Shown: positions 47,960 through 57,124 of the stretch, piece by piece
Layout of the letters: every line of letters starts with the position of its first letter
How positions within the stretch are numbered: the first letter of the stretch is position 1
Source of the DNA: a virus
Lineage: Duplodnaviria; Caudoviricetes
Direction: 5' to 3' (one strand)
Length of the DNA: 64,000 nucleotides
Virus record (IMG/VR): IMGVR_UViG_3300025730_000007
Coordinates: 21,195 to 85,194 of that record
The notes under the pieces: model-generated
The model's database searches: none
Seen by the model: only the letters and a program-made list of their open reading frames with translations
What the model was told of the DNA's origin: nothing
Translations under genes and position numbers: made by a program

Positions 47960-48160
47960 ATGCCAATGAACGAGAAGACGCTTGAGGGGTTGAAGGCTTG
48001 GGGCCGACAGAGGCGTACGGCAACCATCAGTGAACACCTTGCCGGCCATGACATCGACGACCCCACGGCGCTCGCGGTATGGATACGCAAACAAGCGCTC
48101 GGTGAGGAGGAGTTCGCGCGGCATCAAGCCGAGGGACGCGCCAAGCGCAAGAAGGGATAG
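47960..48160 (+). CDS. small hypothetical protein
   Basis: GHDIDDPTALAVWI resembles ORF 20360..20503. Confidence 0.55.
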   Translation: MPMNEKTLEGLKAWGRQRRTATISEHLAGHDIDDPTALAVWIRKQALGEEEFARHQAEGRAKRKKG

Positions 48161-48166
48161 ACACCC

Positions 48167-48325
48167 ATGGACCAGAGACTCCCAGACTACGTTGCAAGCA
48201 AGGTCGAGAACCAACCACCCATGACCCCGGCCATCCCCAAGCTCAACCGCAAGGGCCGGCGACGCAGGGCCGCAGAGCTACGCCGCGAGAAGCGACGGCA
48301 GGACAAGCTCGACGCGAAGCGCTGA
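48167..48325 (+). CDS. small Arg/Lys-rich protein (52 aa)
   Basis: Read by hand; stop 2 nt before motif copy 48328. Confidence 0.4.
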   Translation: MDQRLPDYVASKVENQPPMTPAIPKLNRKGRRRRAAELRREKRRQDKLDAKR

Positions 48326-48345
48326 TACCGCAATACGTGTTGCGG

Positions 48346-49116
48346 TCACTCCACCCTACCCTCCCCCATCAGATCACCACACTCCACCACACCACTCCCC
48401 TCATTCCACCGTTGGGCCAGGACCGCCCATGCTCGCGGTTGCACGAGCTTTGCGATGTAGATGTGGGTCGGGGCGTCATTGCCCTTGTACTCGTACCGAT
48501 ACAGGTTGCCGGCCCCTTCCCACATGGCGAGGGGGTCAGTGGTCCACGTCCTCGTACCGTAGGCACTCTTGATGGTGACTGGCTCCTCCAGCTTGGCGCG
48601 GGTCAATACCTCATGCTCAATGGCTTCGGCGGGAGCGGGGCATGACTCGACTCCGCCCAAGAACACTGAGGCGTTCGTCTCCTTTGCGGAGGTGTAGGGT
48701 GGGGTGATGTTGGAGTGCAGCATCATCAACAGAGGCATTGAGCCCCCACCGATTGCGGCCCTCTTGGCATACTGAATCCACGGGGCGAGCGTGCTTACTT
48801 TGCAGTGGAGCCCGTCGAGCAGTAGCACGCTGTCAACAAGCTCTCTCGCTTGCTGGTTCCGCATCACCGCGTCAATGAACCCCCACCCTGCCGAGAACGT
48901 GGCAACGGCCAATCGGCCCCCCGTGTTGACCTTCTTGGCGCGAAGCCAAGCGAAGGGGTCGTTGGCGAACTTCACTCCCGCGTCCTTGAATGAGGTACTC
49001 GACCCGCCCTCAATTGCAATTACGCTCGGGGGCGAGGCGAACAACTGACTAGCCCATTCGCTACATGGCGATGTCTTTGAGCAGTTGAACGCGCATAGAA
49101 TGGCATCCTTTGACAT
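48346..49116 (-). CDS. alpha/beta-hydrolase-like protein
   Basis: AVATFSAGWG nucleophile elbow, VLLLDGLH and a late His; GGAG-like RBS. Confidence 0.55.
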   Translation of the reverse strand: MSKDAILCAFNCSKTSPCSEWASQLFASPPSVIAIEGGSSTSFKDAGVKFANDPFAWLRAKKVNTGGRLAVATFSAGWGFIDAVMRNQQARELVDSVLLLDGLHCKVSTLAPWIQYAKRAAIGGGSMPLLMMLHSNITPPYTSAKETNASVFLGGVESCPAPAEAIEHEVLTRAKLEEPVTIKSAYGTRTWTTDPLAMWEGAGNLYRYEYKGNDAPTHIYIAKLVQPRAWAVLAQRWNEGSGVVECGDLMGEGRVE

Positions 49117-49176
49117 GGAACTTTCTCCTCACTAGGCTAGTGTTTGAGTGTTGCATTGCGGCATAACACGGGGGCC

Positions 49177-50652
49177 ATGCTCAACATCATTGTAGACAAT
49201 CGTCTCAGGTTTGACGCCGACGCGGTAGCGCCGAGCGTGGTGCAGAGTATCCGCAACGCGTTCACGCACCGCAATCCGGCGTATCACAAGAAGCGCGCAA
49301 TGGGGTTCTACCCCGGAAAGGAGAGCGAGTTCATTCACACGTATGAGGAAGAGGAGAACGGGGGGTTCAGTGTGCCGAGGGGGGGAACGTCCAAGCTCAG
49401 GGAGGCATTCCGCAAGGCGGGTGTCGCCTATCGGTTCGTCGACAATAGCTACGAGGGCGAACCCATCAGTGTTCCGCAGCATCGCCTCAAACTGTACCCC
49501 TACCAGCAAGAAGCCGTCGAGGCGTGCTACTTGCGGCGCAATTGCCTGCTCCGCAGTCCAACGGGGAGCGGGAAGACCACAGTCGGTATCAACCTCATTA
49601 CGCGTATCGCTCGTCCGACCCTCATTGTGGTGTGGTCGGGTGCGTTGGCGAAGCAATGGCTCGCCCGGTTGCAGAGCGAGCTAGGGCTCAAAGCCGGCGA
49701 CATCGGGCGCGTCATGGGTGGCAAGGTGGACGTGAAGCCAATCACGGTCGCTATGCAACAGACCCTCTATTCCAGAGGGCCGGCCAACCTAGGGATTGAC
49801 CGCTACTTCGGGTTCCTACTTGCGGACGAAGTGCAACGCTTCGCCGCTACCACGTTCCGAGAGGTGACTGAGCCCTTCCATGCCAAGTGGCGCATCGGCA
49901 TCAGTGCCGACGAGACGCGCAACGATGGCAAGGAGTTCCTCATCTATGACGTGTTCGGGAATGTGGCATACGAGATTGACCAGGAGCCGCTCGTGGAGAA
50001 CGGGTACATCCACGATGTCGCCGTGCGGGTGTTGCCTACCGAGTTCCGCGCCGACTGGTATCAGGTCAGCAAGGACTTCATTGCGCTGACTGATGCCATG
50101 GCGATTGACGAACAACGCAACGCGGTTGTCATGCGAGCGCTGGAGTTGTCGTTCCGAGACGGTGGTTCAACGGCAATGGTGTTCAGTCACCGCGTTGGTC
50201 ATTGCCAGCGGATTGACGCCTTGTGTGCCGAACGCGGCATAAAGTCAGGCCTGATGCTCGGGACTGACGAGTGGGCTCAGGCGTTCGACGATACGAGCCG
50301 GGGGTTGCGCGAGGGCAAGGTGCAAGTCGGCATCGGCACCATCCAAGCCATCGGCCAAGGCATTGACGTTCCCGCCGTCGACCGTGGGGTGATTACCACC
50401 CCCATCAGCGGCAATCGACAACAGTTCAATCAGGTACGGGGACGCATCTGTCGCACAACGGCAGGCAAGGAGAGCGCGGTCATCTATTACTTGTGGGACC
50501 GACACGTCTACGGGTTGTTCGCCCTGAAGAACCTCGCCAAGTGGAGCAACGATGTTCGGGTGCTCGACGTGGCGGATAGGTGGGTTGAGGCGAACGAGTA
50601 CATCAAACGAGAGCAACAGAGCAGGAGGCGGAAACAATGGCAAGGAGCGTGA
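49177..50652 (+). CDS. superfamily 2 helicase (XPB/Rad25-like)
   Basis: LYPYQ, SPTGSGKT, ADEVQ, GISAD, GIDVP and QVRGRICR motifs. Confidence 0.88.
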   Translation: MLNIIVDNRLRFDADAVAPSVVQSIRNAFTHRNPAYHKKRAMGFYPGKESEFIHTYEEEENGGFSVPRGGTSKLREAFRKAGVAYRFVDNSYEGEPISVPQHRLKLYPYQQEAVEACYLRRNCLLRSPTGSGKTTVGINLITRIARPTLIVVWSGALAKQWLARLQSELGLKAGDIGRVMGGKVDVKPITVAMQQTLYSRGPANLGIDRYFGFLLADEVQRFAATTFREVTEPFHAKWRIGISADETRNDGKEFLIYDVFGNVAYEIDQEPLVENGYIHDVAVRVLPTEFRADWYQVSKDFIALTDAMAIDEQRNAVVMRALELSFRDGGSTAMVFSHRVGHCQRIDALCAERGIKSGLMLGTDEWAQAFDDTSRGLREGKVQVGIGTIQAIGQGIDVPAVDRGVITTPISGNRQQFNQVRGRICRTTAGKESAVIYYLWDRHVYGLFALKNLAKWSNDVRVLDVADRWVEANEYIKREQQSRRRKQWQGA

Positions 50653-50954
50653 ACGACTCCACCGCAACACGTATTGCGGTGAGCCGGCAGATGCAAGTGA
50701 CCATCACACTGGCCGAGACGCGGTACTCCCCGGTCAGTTACAACTCATTCGGGGTGGGGCCGTTCTCTGCGACAGTGACCATCGAGCCAGGGGAAGATCC
50801 GGCAGAGGTCATCGAGGAAGCGCGCAACGTGCTACTCGCTGCCGCTCGTGCAGAGTACAAGCGCTCGATTGAGGCATACCCCAAGGCACTCGACTACAAC
50901 GACAGAGTGGTACGTGAGTTCATGGAGAGCAAGCGAGGGACCAATGGCTCGTAG
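50637..50954 (+). CDS. hypothetical protein
   Basis: Tiled ORF; contains motif copy 50662. Confidence 0.5.
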   Translation: MARSVNDSTATRIAVSRQMQVTITLAETRYSPVSYNSFGVGPFSATVTIEPGEDPAEVIEEARNVLLAAARAEYKRSIEAYPKALDYNDRVVREFMESKRGTNGS

Positions 50955-51558
50955 ACTACCTGACGGAACCAAGGTGAAGGGGGGTAGGGGGGTATCTGAC
51001 GCGCGTACGCGCGTCCCGCGCGCAAGCGCGCGGGGGAGTGGTGGTACTTCTGACACTGATACTGATAGACCTACACTTCAACTCATCTGGAACAACACTA
51101 GTGCTCAAGCGCGGACTGCCCCGCAAGACGCAATCCGCGAATGGGCCAAGCGCGCAAAGCGGCAACAGAAGCGGAGCGGGGGAGTGCAGCGGCAGAAGGT
51201 GCTCGACGAGCTTGACTCAATGCTATCGAGCGGTGAGTGGGGAGAAGCAAGGCCGGTCCACCTCGTCGAACTGTATTGCATGCTTCACGAGCGGGTGTAT
51301 GGCGTCGAGGCGCTCGACCTCCGGGGGCAACTCAATCGACAAGCCGCTGCTCGCATGGTGCTCACCATGCTCCAACGTGACTTCGACTCGGTGGTTGCCG
51401 ATGTCGTCGAGTTCATGCGTTGGAGTTGGCAACGCGAGGAAGCAAGGGAGGAGTGGAGACGGCGGAACAATACTGGCCGGCGTCGCCTCACTTGGCGGAT
51501 GCAGTTCGGCGGCGAGCTTCTCACTGAGTATCTCATGCAGCGTGTCAGGAACGGCTGA
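50944..51558 (+). CDS. hypothetical replication-module protein
   Basis: Upstream of the DnaB gene; N-terminus encodes CG-rich palindromes. Confidence 0.55.
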   Translation: MARRLPDGTKVKGGRGVSDARTRVPRASARGSGGTSDTDTDRPTLQLIWNNTSAQARTAPQDAIREWAKRAKRQQKRSGGVQRQKVLDELDSMLSSGEWGEARPVHLVELYCMLHERVYGVEALDLRGQLNRQAAARMVLTMLQRDFDSVVADVVEFMRWSWQREEAREEWRRRNNTGRRRLTWRMQFGGELLTEYLMQRVRNG

Positions 51559-51592
51559 GTCGCGGCATAACGTATCTCCACAGGAGGTCAGC

Positions 51593-51967
51593 ATGGGATA
51601 CCACGGTATGAAGGTCGGGGGACTCGACGGTTCGCTCTACACCGTCTTCGCTCCCCCATGGTGGAAGCTCCACCTCTGGGTCTGGTGGTTCTGGCGTACA
51701 CGAGTAGAGCGTTGGCTTGTGCGGGTGTGGAGGGCATTGACCCCTTTCGTCAAGCGCGACAGGACTCGCACCTTCGACACGGGGGTGATTGAGTTGCGCG
51801 TTGGCAATGAGGCGTTCAGGGTACGGGTGTATCGCGACCGCGAGACGTGGCTTGTGTGGACCCCACCTCCGCCCGCTCCCCCTCCGTTGGCAGGCAAGCT
51901 CGATGTCAGGCCGGATGATGCGTTGCCCCCGAGCAATGACGTGCATCCGATGGAAAGGGGGCTTTGA
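51593..51967 (+). CDS. Trp-rich hypothetical protein
   Basis: AGGAGG RBS; PPWWKLHLWVWWFW. Confidence 0.55.
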   Translation: MGYHGMKVGGLDGSLYTVFAPPWWKLHLWVWWFWRTRVERWLVRVWRALTPFVKRDRTRTFDTGVIELRVGNEAFRVRVYRDRETWLVWTPPPPAPPPLAGKLDVRPDDALPPSNDVHPMERGL

Positions 51968-53391
51968 TGCGTAGGCTTGTGAGTGAGGAAGAAGCGGCCC
52001 CCCCTGTCAACATTCGGTTCGATACGGTCAACGAGCAGATCGTTCTCGCGGTTGCACTTGCCCACCCAACCATTCGCCACGGGTTGGTCCGTAGGTTCCG
52101 AGACGGGGTGCCGTTCATCGACAAGATGCACGTCAGTCTGTGGGAGGTCATCGTCGCCATGGCCGGCGACAACCTGGAGTTTGACCCCGCTACGGTGCAG
52201 AGCTATGCGGGTGACGAGATTGCCGACTATGCCTCGGAGCTTGTGGCGTTGCGGCCCGATGTTCCCCCCAACCTGGAGCATCACGTCCGCGCGTTGGAGT
52301 GGTCGATACAGCGGTATCAAGCGGTCAATGGGCCGTTGGCTGAGCTTATCCTTCAGTTACGTGACCCGCATACGCCGAAGGAGGCTGTCACTGAAGCGGC
52401 AAAGCGGTTGTCCACCGCGTTCACCAACGGGCAAAGCGGTGCTCTGTACGATACCGCTTCGGTGATTACGGAGCAGATGGTCGACATCGACAAGCGGGTT
52501 CGCGGGAGGGCCGTCTACCCCTATGGCATTGACGGGCTCGACGTGGATGAGAACGGAGAGCAACGCATCATTCCAGGGGCCGCACCGAAGCGTATCACCT
52601 TGGTCACGGGAGTGAGTGGTAGCGGCAAGAGTACAGTGACCGACCGCATCATCCTCGGACAGATCGAGCAAGGCCGGCGAGTGTGTATCGGGGCATGGGA
52701 GATGAACCCCGGCGTCACGATTGAAGTGTTGGCGACCATGCGGTGTGGACTGAGCCGTACAGATGTCACGACTGGCCGGCTCGACAGAGACGTTCTGCGA
52801 GACTTGCGGAGCAGTATGGAGGAACTGAGGGACATGGTGACGTTCATCCGTCTCCCCCGGTTCGGTGGCAAGCGGAACAACATCGCACAAGCCGATTCCA
52901 TGCTCGATGCGGCGGAGGAGACGGGAGCCGAGGTGTTCGTTGCCGATCTCTTGCGCAAGGGGTTCGTCTCGCACGACCCGGAGGCCGAGGAACTAGCACT
53001 CAACCACATCCAAGAGCGTGTCGAGAATAGCAGTCTTCACGCCTTGTTCGTTCAACAGCAACGCATGAAGGACATCGAGATGCGCCAAGACAAGCGGCCC
53101 ACCCGCGAGGGGGTCAAAGGAACCAGCGCTTGGGTGGAGATTGCCGATACCGTGCTAGGGGTCCACCGAGATGCTCAGTGGAAGAACGTCGAGGACGTGT
53201 CGATGGAGATTGACATTCTCAAGCAACGGTACGGTGTCTGGCCCCTCGCCGTGCGGTTCAAGTGGAACCCCCTCTATGCCACCCTCATTGATGGCGTGTC
53301 AGTTCCCTACGACATCGCCCTATCGCAAGAGGTCAATCTAGGGGGTGCCGTTGCCAAGGTGTTCGCCGGCAAGCGGAAAGGGGGCAAGTGA
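51967..53391 (+). CDS. dnaB: replicative DNA helicase (DnaB-like)
   Basis: N-terminal NEQIVLAVAL domain, GVSGSGKST, WEMN, FVADLL, QQQR, EIAD and LKQRYG motifs. Confidence 0.82.
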   Translation: MRRLVSEEEAAPPVNIRFDTVNEQIVLAVALAHPTIRHGLVRRFRDGVPFIDKMHVSLWEVIVAMAGDNLEFDPATVQSYAGDEIADYASELVALRPDVPPNLEHHVRALEWSIQRYQAVNGPLAELILQLRDPHTPKEAVTEAAKRLSTAFTNGQSGALYDTASVITEQMVDIDKRVRGRAVYPYGIDGLDVDENGEQRIIPGAAPKRITLVTGVSGSGKSTVTDRIILGQIEQGRRVCIGAWEMNPGVTIEVLATMRCGLSRTDVTTGRLDRDVLRDLRSSMEELRDMVTFIRLPRFGGKRNNIAQADSMLDAAEETGAEVFVADLLRKGFVSHDPEAEELALNHIQERVENSSLHALFVQQQRMKDIEMRQDKRPTREGVKGTSAWVEIADTVLGVHRDAQWKNVEDVSMEIDILKQRYGVWPLAVRFKWNPLYATLIDGVSVPYDIALSQEVNLGGAVAKVFAGKRKGGK

Positions 53392-54332
53392 TGCAGGTTG
53401 ACGTTCCGCGCTTGCTCCACGCGTTGCGCATCAGAGATGCGATATACCGCCACAAGGAATGGTGGAGTGTCTGCCCCTACCCCGGTCACACTGAGAAGGA
53501 GCCAAGCTGGTCAATCCACGACGAGGTGGGGAGTGCGAACCATGGGTGGCACAAGTGCTTCGGGTGCAAGCGAGGGGGTGGGCCGGCTGACTTGGTGATA
53601 GCGCGCATCGGTATCAGTCGGCCTAGTGCGGTTCGGTGGTTGTATGAGAACGGGCTCGTTCTGGGCAAGGCACTCGGAGCTATCGACGAGTTGAAGGTGG
53701 TAGTCACTCCCGCCCGCAAGCGCGCAACGTTGCCCCCATCCGTGGTGATTGCCCCCCTCGACGACTGGCCGGGACTTGCGCGCAAGTATGTCGAGCAGCG
53801 TGGCATCACACCGCAACACGTATTGCGGTATCGGCTCGGGTACGCCGTCCAAGGCAACCTCGCGGGGAGGATCGTGTTGCCGGCTTGGGATACGTACGGC
53901 AATGTCACGAACTACACCGCTCGCACGTTCGTCAACCACCCTCGCAGGTATCTCAACCCCAAGCGGAGTGAGGGCTTCCCTCACAACGTGTCAGTCTTTG
54001 GTGAACACCTCTGGCCGGGGTTGCCGCGAGACGTGGTATTCACCACGGAGGGGGCAATCAATGCCCTCGCCATCGACGCGGTGATGGGGGGCAAGTATGC
54101 GGTCGCTGCTCTGTTCGGTAGCAAGCTCCACCCTCCGCAAGTGCTCAAGCTCAGTCGCTTCACCACGATCATTCACGTTGCCGACCCTGACTACACTGGA
54201 GTAGAGTTCGCCAGCATAGTCCATGACGCCTTGTGCCGAATCTCCAACGTGAGAGTCGCGCGCTTGCAAGGTGGGGACGCGGCAGAGACACCCCCCGACG
54301 AATTGAAGGAGGCGTTACATGGCAATCTCTAG
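53388..54332 (+). CDS. DNA primase (zinc finger plus Toprim)
   Basis: CPYPGH..E..PSW..KCFGC zinc finger; RGI..LGYA; GRIVLP; TEG; DPD. Confidence 0.85.
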   Translation: MMQVDVPRLLHALRIRDAIYRHKEWWSVCPYPGHTEKEPSWSIHDEVGSANHGWHKCFGCKRGGGPADLVIARIGISRPSAVRWLYENGLVLGKALGAIDELKVVVTPARKRATLPPSVVIAPLDDWPGLARKYVEQRGITPQHVLRYRLGYAVQGNLAGRIVLPAWDTYGNVTNYTARTFVNHPRRYLNPKRSEGFPHNVSVFGEHLWPGLPRDVVFTTEGAINALAIDAVMGGKYAVAALFGSKLHPPQVLKLSRFTTIIHVADPDYTGVEFASIVHDALCRISNVRVARLQGGDAAETPPDELKEALHGNL

Positions 54333-54816
54333 GAGGCAGAGGTTGGACCTCAACGACCCGAAGACGGCAGAGCAACTGAGGTTCAGGCTCGAAAGTAGCA
54401 TTGAAGCAACCGGGGGCCGGCTCAAGCTGGTCGCCAAGGCTCTAGGCGTCTGTCGCACGACGGTCTGGCGATGGGTGCATCAACTCGGCCTTGCCGAGAC
54501 GCTCGACGAGGTGCGCGCTCGCAACCTGCATCCCCGTCGAGAAAAGTCGTTCCGGTGGTATCTCACCAACCAACCCGAGCGAGCGCGGGAGATACTGCGC
54601 GACATCTTGTGGCGCAATGACGGCATCCTTGACGCGGTTGCGGTCGAGATGCGTTGCTCGCAGCGAACGGTCTACTATCGAGTCGAGAAGCTCGGGCTCT
54701 GGGCATACGTGCGGGCGAGTCGCAGCGCTGCCGAGAAGAAGCGGTTGCTCGGCAAGCCCGAGCCCGATAGAGAGCCATCCCCCCGAGCCCCTTACATCTA
54801 CCCCGAGTCCCCCTGA
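54319..54816 (+). CDS. tandem Fis-type HTH DNA-binding protein
   Basis: GGRLKLVAKALGVCRTTVWRWVHQLGL and DGILDAVAVEMRCSQRTVYYRVEKLGL. Confidence 0.7.
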   Translation: MAISRRQRLDLNDPKTAEQLRFRLESSIEATGGRLKLVAKALGVCRTTVWRWVHQLGLAETLDEVRARNLHPRREKSFRWYLTNQPERAREILRDILWRNDGILDAVAVEMRCSQRTVYYRVEKLGLWAYVRASRSAAEKKRLLGKPEPDREPSPRAPYIYPESP

Positions 54817-55980
54817 GTCCCCCGGCCAACCGACCCACCCCCACCCCGAATCTTGCAAGAGTTGCATACCGAGCGTTTTCGCCTAGAGGCGATGACAACA
54901 TTCTTGCGTAGCCCTAGGATCGTTTTCTGGGTCTGCCCTAGGGTCGTTGGAGGTGCTCGCTTGCCGAGCCTCTGTGACCCCCTTGCGTTCCCGGCAACGG
55001 CCATCCCCCCAACGTTCTCGTTCGCCGCCAGAAAACGGACGGCATGGTATCTGCATTCGGCTCTTTCTGGCATCGCGCTTGCTACGTGCGGGTGACGCGC
55101 GTACGCGCTTGCATAAGGTGTCGCCTCGCCCCCCTGCTCGCCCCCCTGCTCGCCCCCCTGCTCGCCCCCTGCCGAAAAAAAAAAACCTCGCCGCTCAAAC
55201 CCTCGGAAACCACGGGGAATATCAGGCGAAAAAAACTTCCCGAAACTTTCCAGCGTGAATAGGCCGAGATTCTTCCGAGCATTCGTTTTGAAGCTGAAAA
55301 GCCGGCTGAAAGAGGCCGGAAAAAACCTTGGACGGTTGCAAAAGGCGCGTGCTAGGGTTGCATTGTTTGGTTAGGTTGGTTGGCCCCGTAAGGCCAACGG
55401 GTTGCAAAAACAACCCACCCGCAACGCTGCTAGCAGTAGCAAACACGCCGCAAGGCGTAACGCAAGCCACGGCCCCTAGGGGCACACTAGCAGCGGGCCA
55501 CAAGGTAAGCGCGGGCAACCCCCCGGCCTTTTACAACCTAAGCCGCAACCCCTGCTAAGCCGGGGTTGCGGGTGGCATGGCAAAGGTAGCGCCAAGCGCG
55601 CAGCAAGCCGCAAGGCAAAAGGGGCCGCACAATATGGCACGCGCCAACCCTGGCAATACAAGCCAGTTAGGGCGCAACGCGGCGCAAGGTAGCTACCCCG
55701 CGCACCATGCCTTTTCCTAGCACGGCTCGAAAGGGCAACCCTAGGAGAGACACCCAAGGCAACGGCAGGCAAGAGCCATAATCCAAGCCGTCCAATGCCC
55801 CGGTTGAACCTAGCAAGCTAGGGCCGGGGGTTGGCGCTAAGGGTAGCAAGGGGGGGCCGGCAACGGCCCCCGAAGCTCGTGGCGCATGGGCGCAACCGCA
55901 ACACGTATTGCGGCAGGGTTGGTTCGATTCCAACCACGGGCTCCAACGCAAACAACGCAACGCAAGCAACGGAGAACACA
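54817..55980. other. large non-coding region, candidate replication origin or genome terminus
   Basis: No credible ORF; tandem repeats, A-tracts, CCTAG cluster and inverted repeats. Confidence 0.55.
55125..55171 (+). repeat. 12-bp tandem repeat CTCGCCCCCCTG x3 plus one 11-bp variant
   Basis: Read directly; followed by A11 at 55175..55185. Confidence 0.9.
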
Positions 55981-56223
55981 ATGGCAGACGTAAAGTTCGG
56001 CAAGCGCAACGGGCTCCCCATGGTGCGCTTCACCATGTACTCGAACACAAGCCGGCTCCTCAGCGTGGTCGCGCTGAAGCTCGCGCGAGGGGTGCGGATC
56101 GAGAGCATCGCCAACGCGGAGACGGGCAAGCCGGTCGCCCGCGTCACGTTCGACCGACACGAGGCGCAAGCCGGCAACATGGCGAGCGTCCTGTTCAATC
56201 CGGTGAGCGACTTGTACCGCTGA
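55981..56223 (+). CDS. early hypothetical protein
   Basis: GGAG RBS before ATG 55981. Confidence 0.65.
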   Translation: MADVKFGKRNGLPMVRFTMYSNTSRLLSVVALKLARGVRIESIANAETGKPVARVTFDRHEAQAGNMASVLFNPVSDLYR

Positions 56224-56331
56224 GAGATTGCCCATTGCCTCGGCCCCCTACCCCGCAAGGGTAGGGGCTCGCACAATGCGCAATGTCGCGCAGGAAACGC
56301 AACGTGGCACGAGCCACAGAAAGAGGACCAC

Positions 56332-56853
56332 ATGGAAGCGAACGTGAACATGAACGTGGAAGCAATCGAAGCTTGGGCGAACGCACACGAGAAGCCCGTC
56401 GACGCGGTGCTCGCGGCGATGGCCGCGTACGTCGCGGGAGATCCGGACGCCCCCGCGGAGATGCGCATCCGAAGCGCATGGCGTGACATCGGATGCCGCG
56501 GGAGCGGCCCCGAGGCGTTCCGCCGCGTGCGCTATCCTAGCGGCGTGGACGGCGATGAAGGCGTCTGGCCGGACGGCGACCGCTTGCCTGCGCTGGGCGT
56601 GCGAGCTTCGGAGCGGCACGCGAGCGTGTCCACGAGCGTGCCCGTGGGCACGATCGTGGCGCAGTTCGATCGGACGCGGTTCCAGGGGCGTGGTGGGAAG
56701 TGCCGCGTCACGTTCGCGCTCGTCGGTCCGGCGGACGAAGCAGGGCGCACGCGCTTGTTCTGGCTCGAGCATCGGACGCTTCGGTCGCGTCCTGTGTACG
56801 AGATTGCGCTGCCCGACGGGACGACGACGACGTGGAAGCGCCGCGAGGCGTAA
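56332..56853 (+). CDS. early hypothetical protein
   Basis: GAGG RBS. Confidence 0.65.
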   Translation: MEANVNMNVEAIEAWANAHEKPVDAVLAAMAAYVAGDPDAPAEMRIRSAWRDIGCRGSGPEAFRRVRYPSGVDGDEGVWPDGDRLPALGVRASERHASVSTSVPVGTIVAQFDRTRFQGRGGKCRVTFALVGPADEAGRTRLFWLEHRTLRSRPVYEIALPDGTTTTWKRREA

Positions 56854-56896
56854 CGTGGGGCGGAGGACGTAAGCACCGCGAGGAAGGAGAATCCTA

Positions 56897-57031
56897 ATGA
56901 ACGTCGACGCCTTGAAGGGCGCCCCCTGCCGCTGCCGAGCCGACCCCGCAAGCGGCCCCCAAGGGGCGCAAGAGCCGCAAGCCGGCCAAGGCTCCCAAGG
57001 GCAAGCTCGCCAAGGCAAGCTGAGGCGCTAG
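56897..57031 (+). CDS. small low-complexity ORF (44 aa)
   Basis: AGGAG RBS; reading frame of the 3' part is doubtful (see findings). Confidence 0.35.
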   Translation: MNVDALKGAPCRCRADPASGPQGAQEPQAGQGSQGQARQGKLRR

Positions 57032-57124
57032 CACGTTCCACCCAAGGTCGAAACGGCCCCCCGCAAGGGGCCGTCTGCGGTTGGGGAACCGCACTGATGA
57101 TGACCAGGAACCAGGAGGATCACA

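Noticed and set aside
55125-55171. 12-bp tandem repeats (here and at 62408..62491) as CRISPR-like arrays
   Set aside because: They are contiguous units without spacers.
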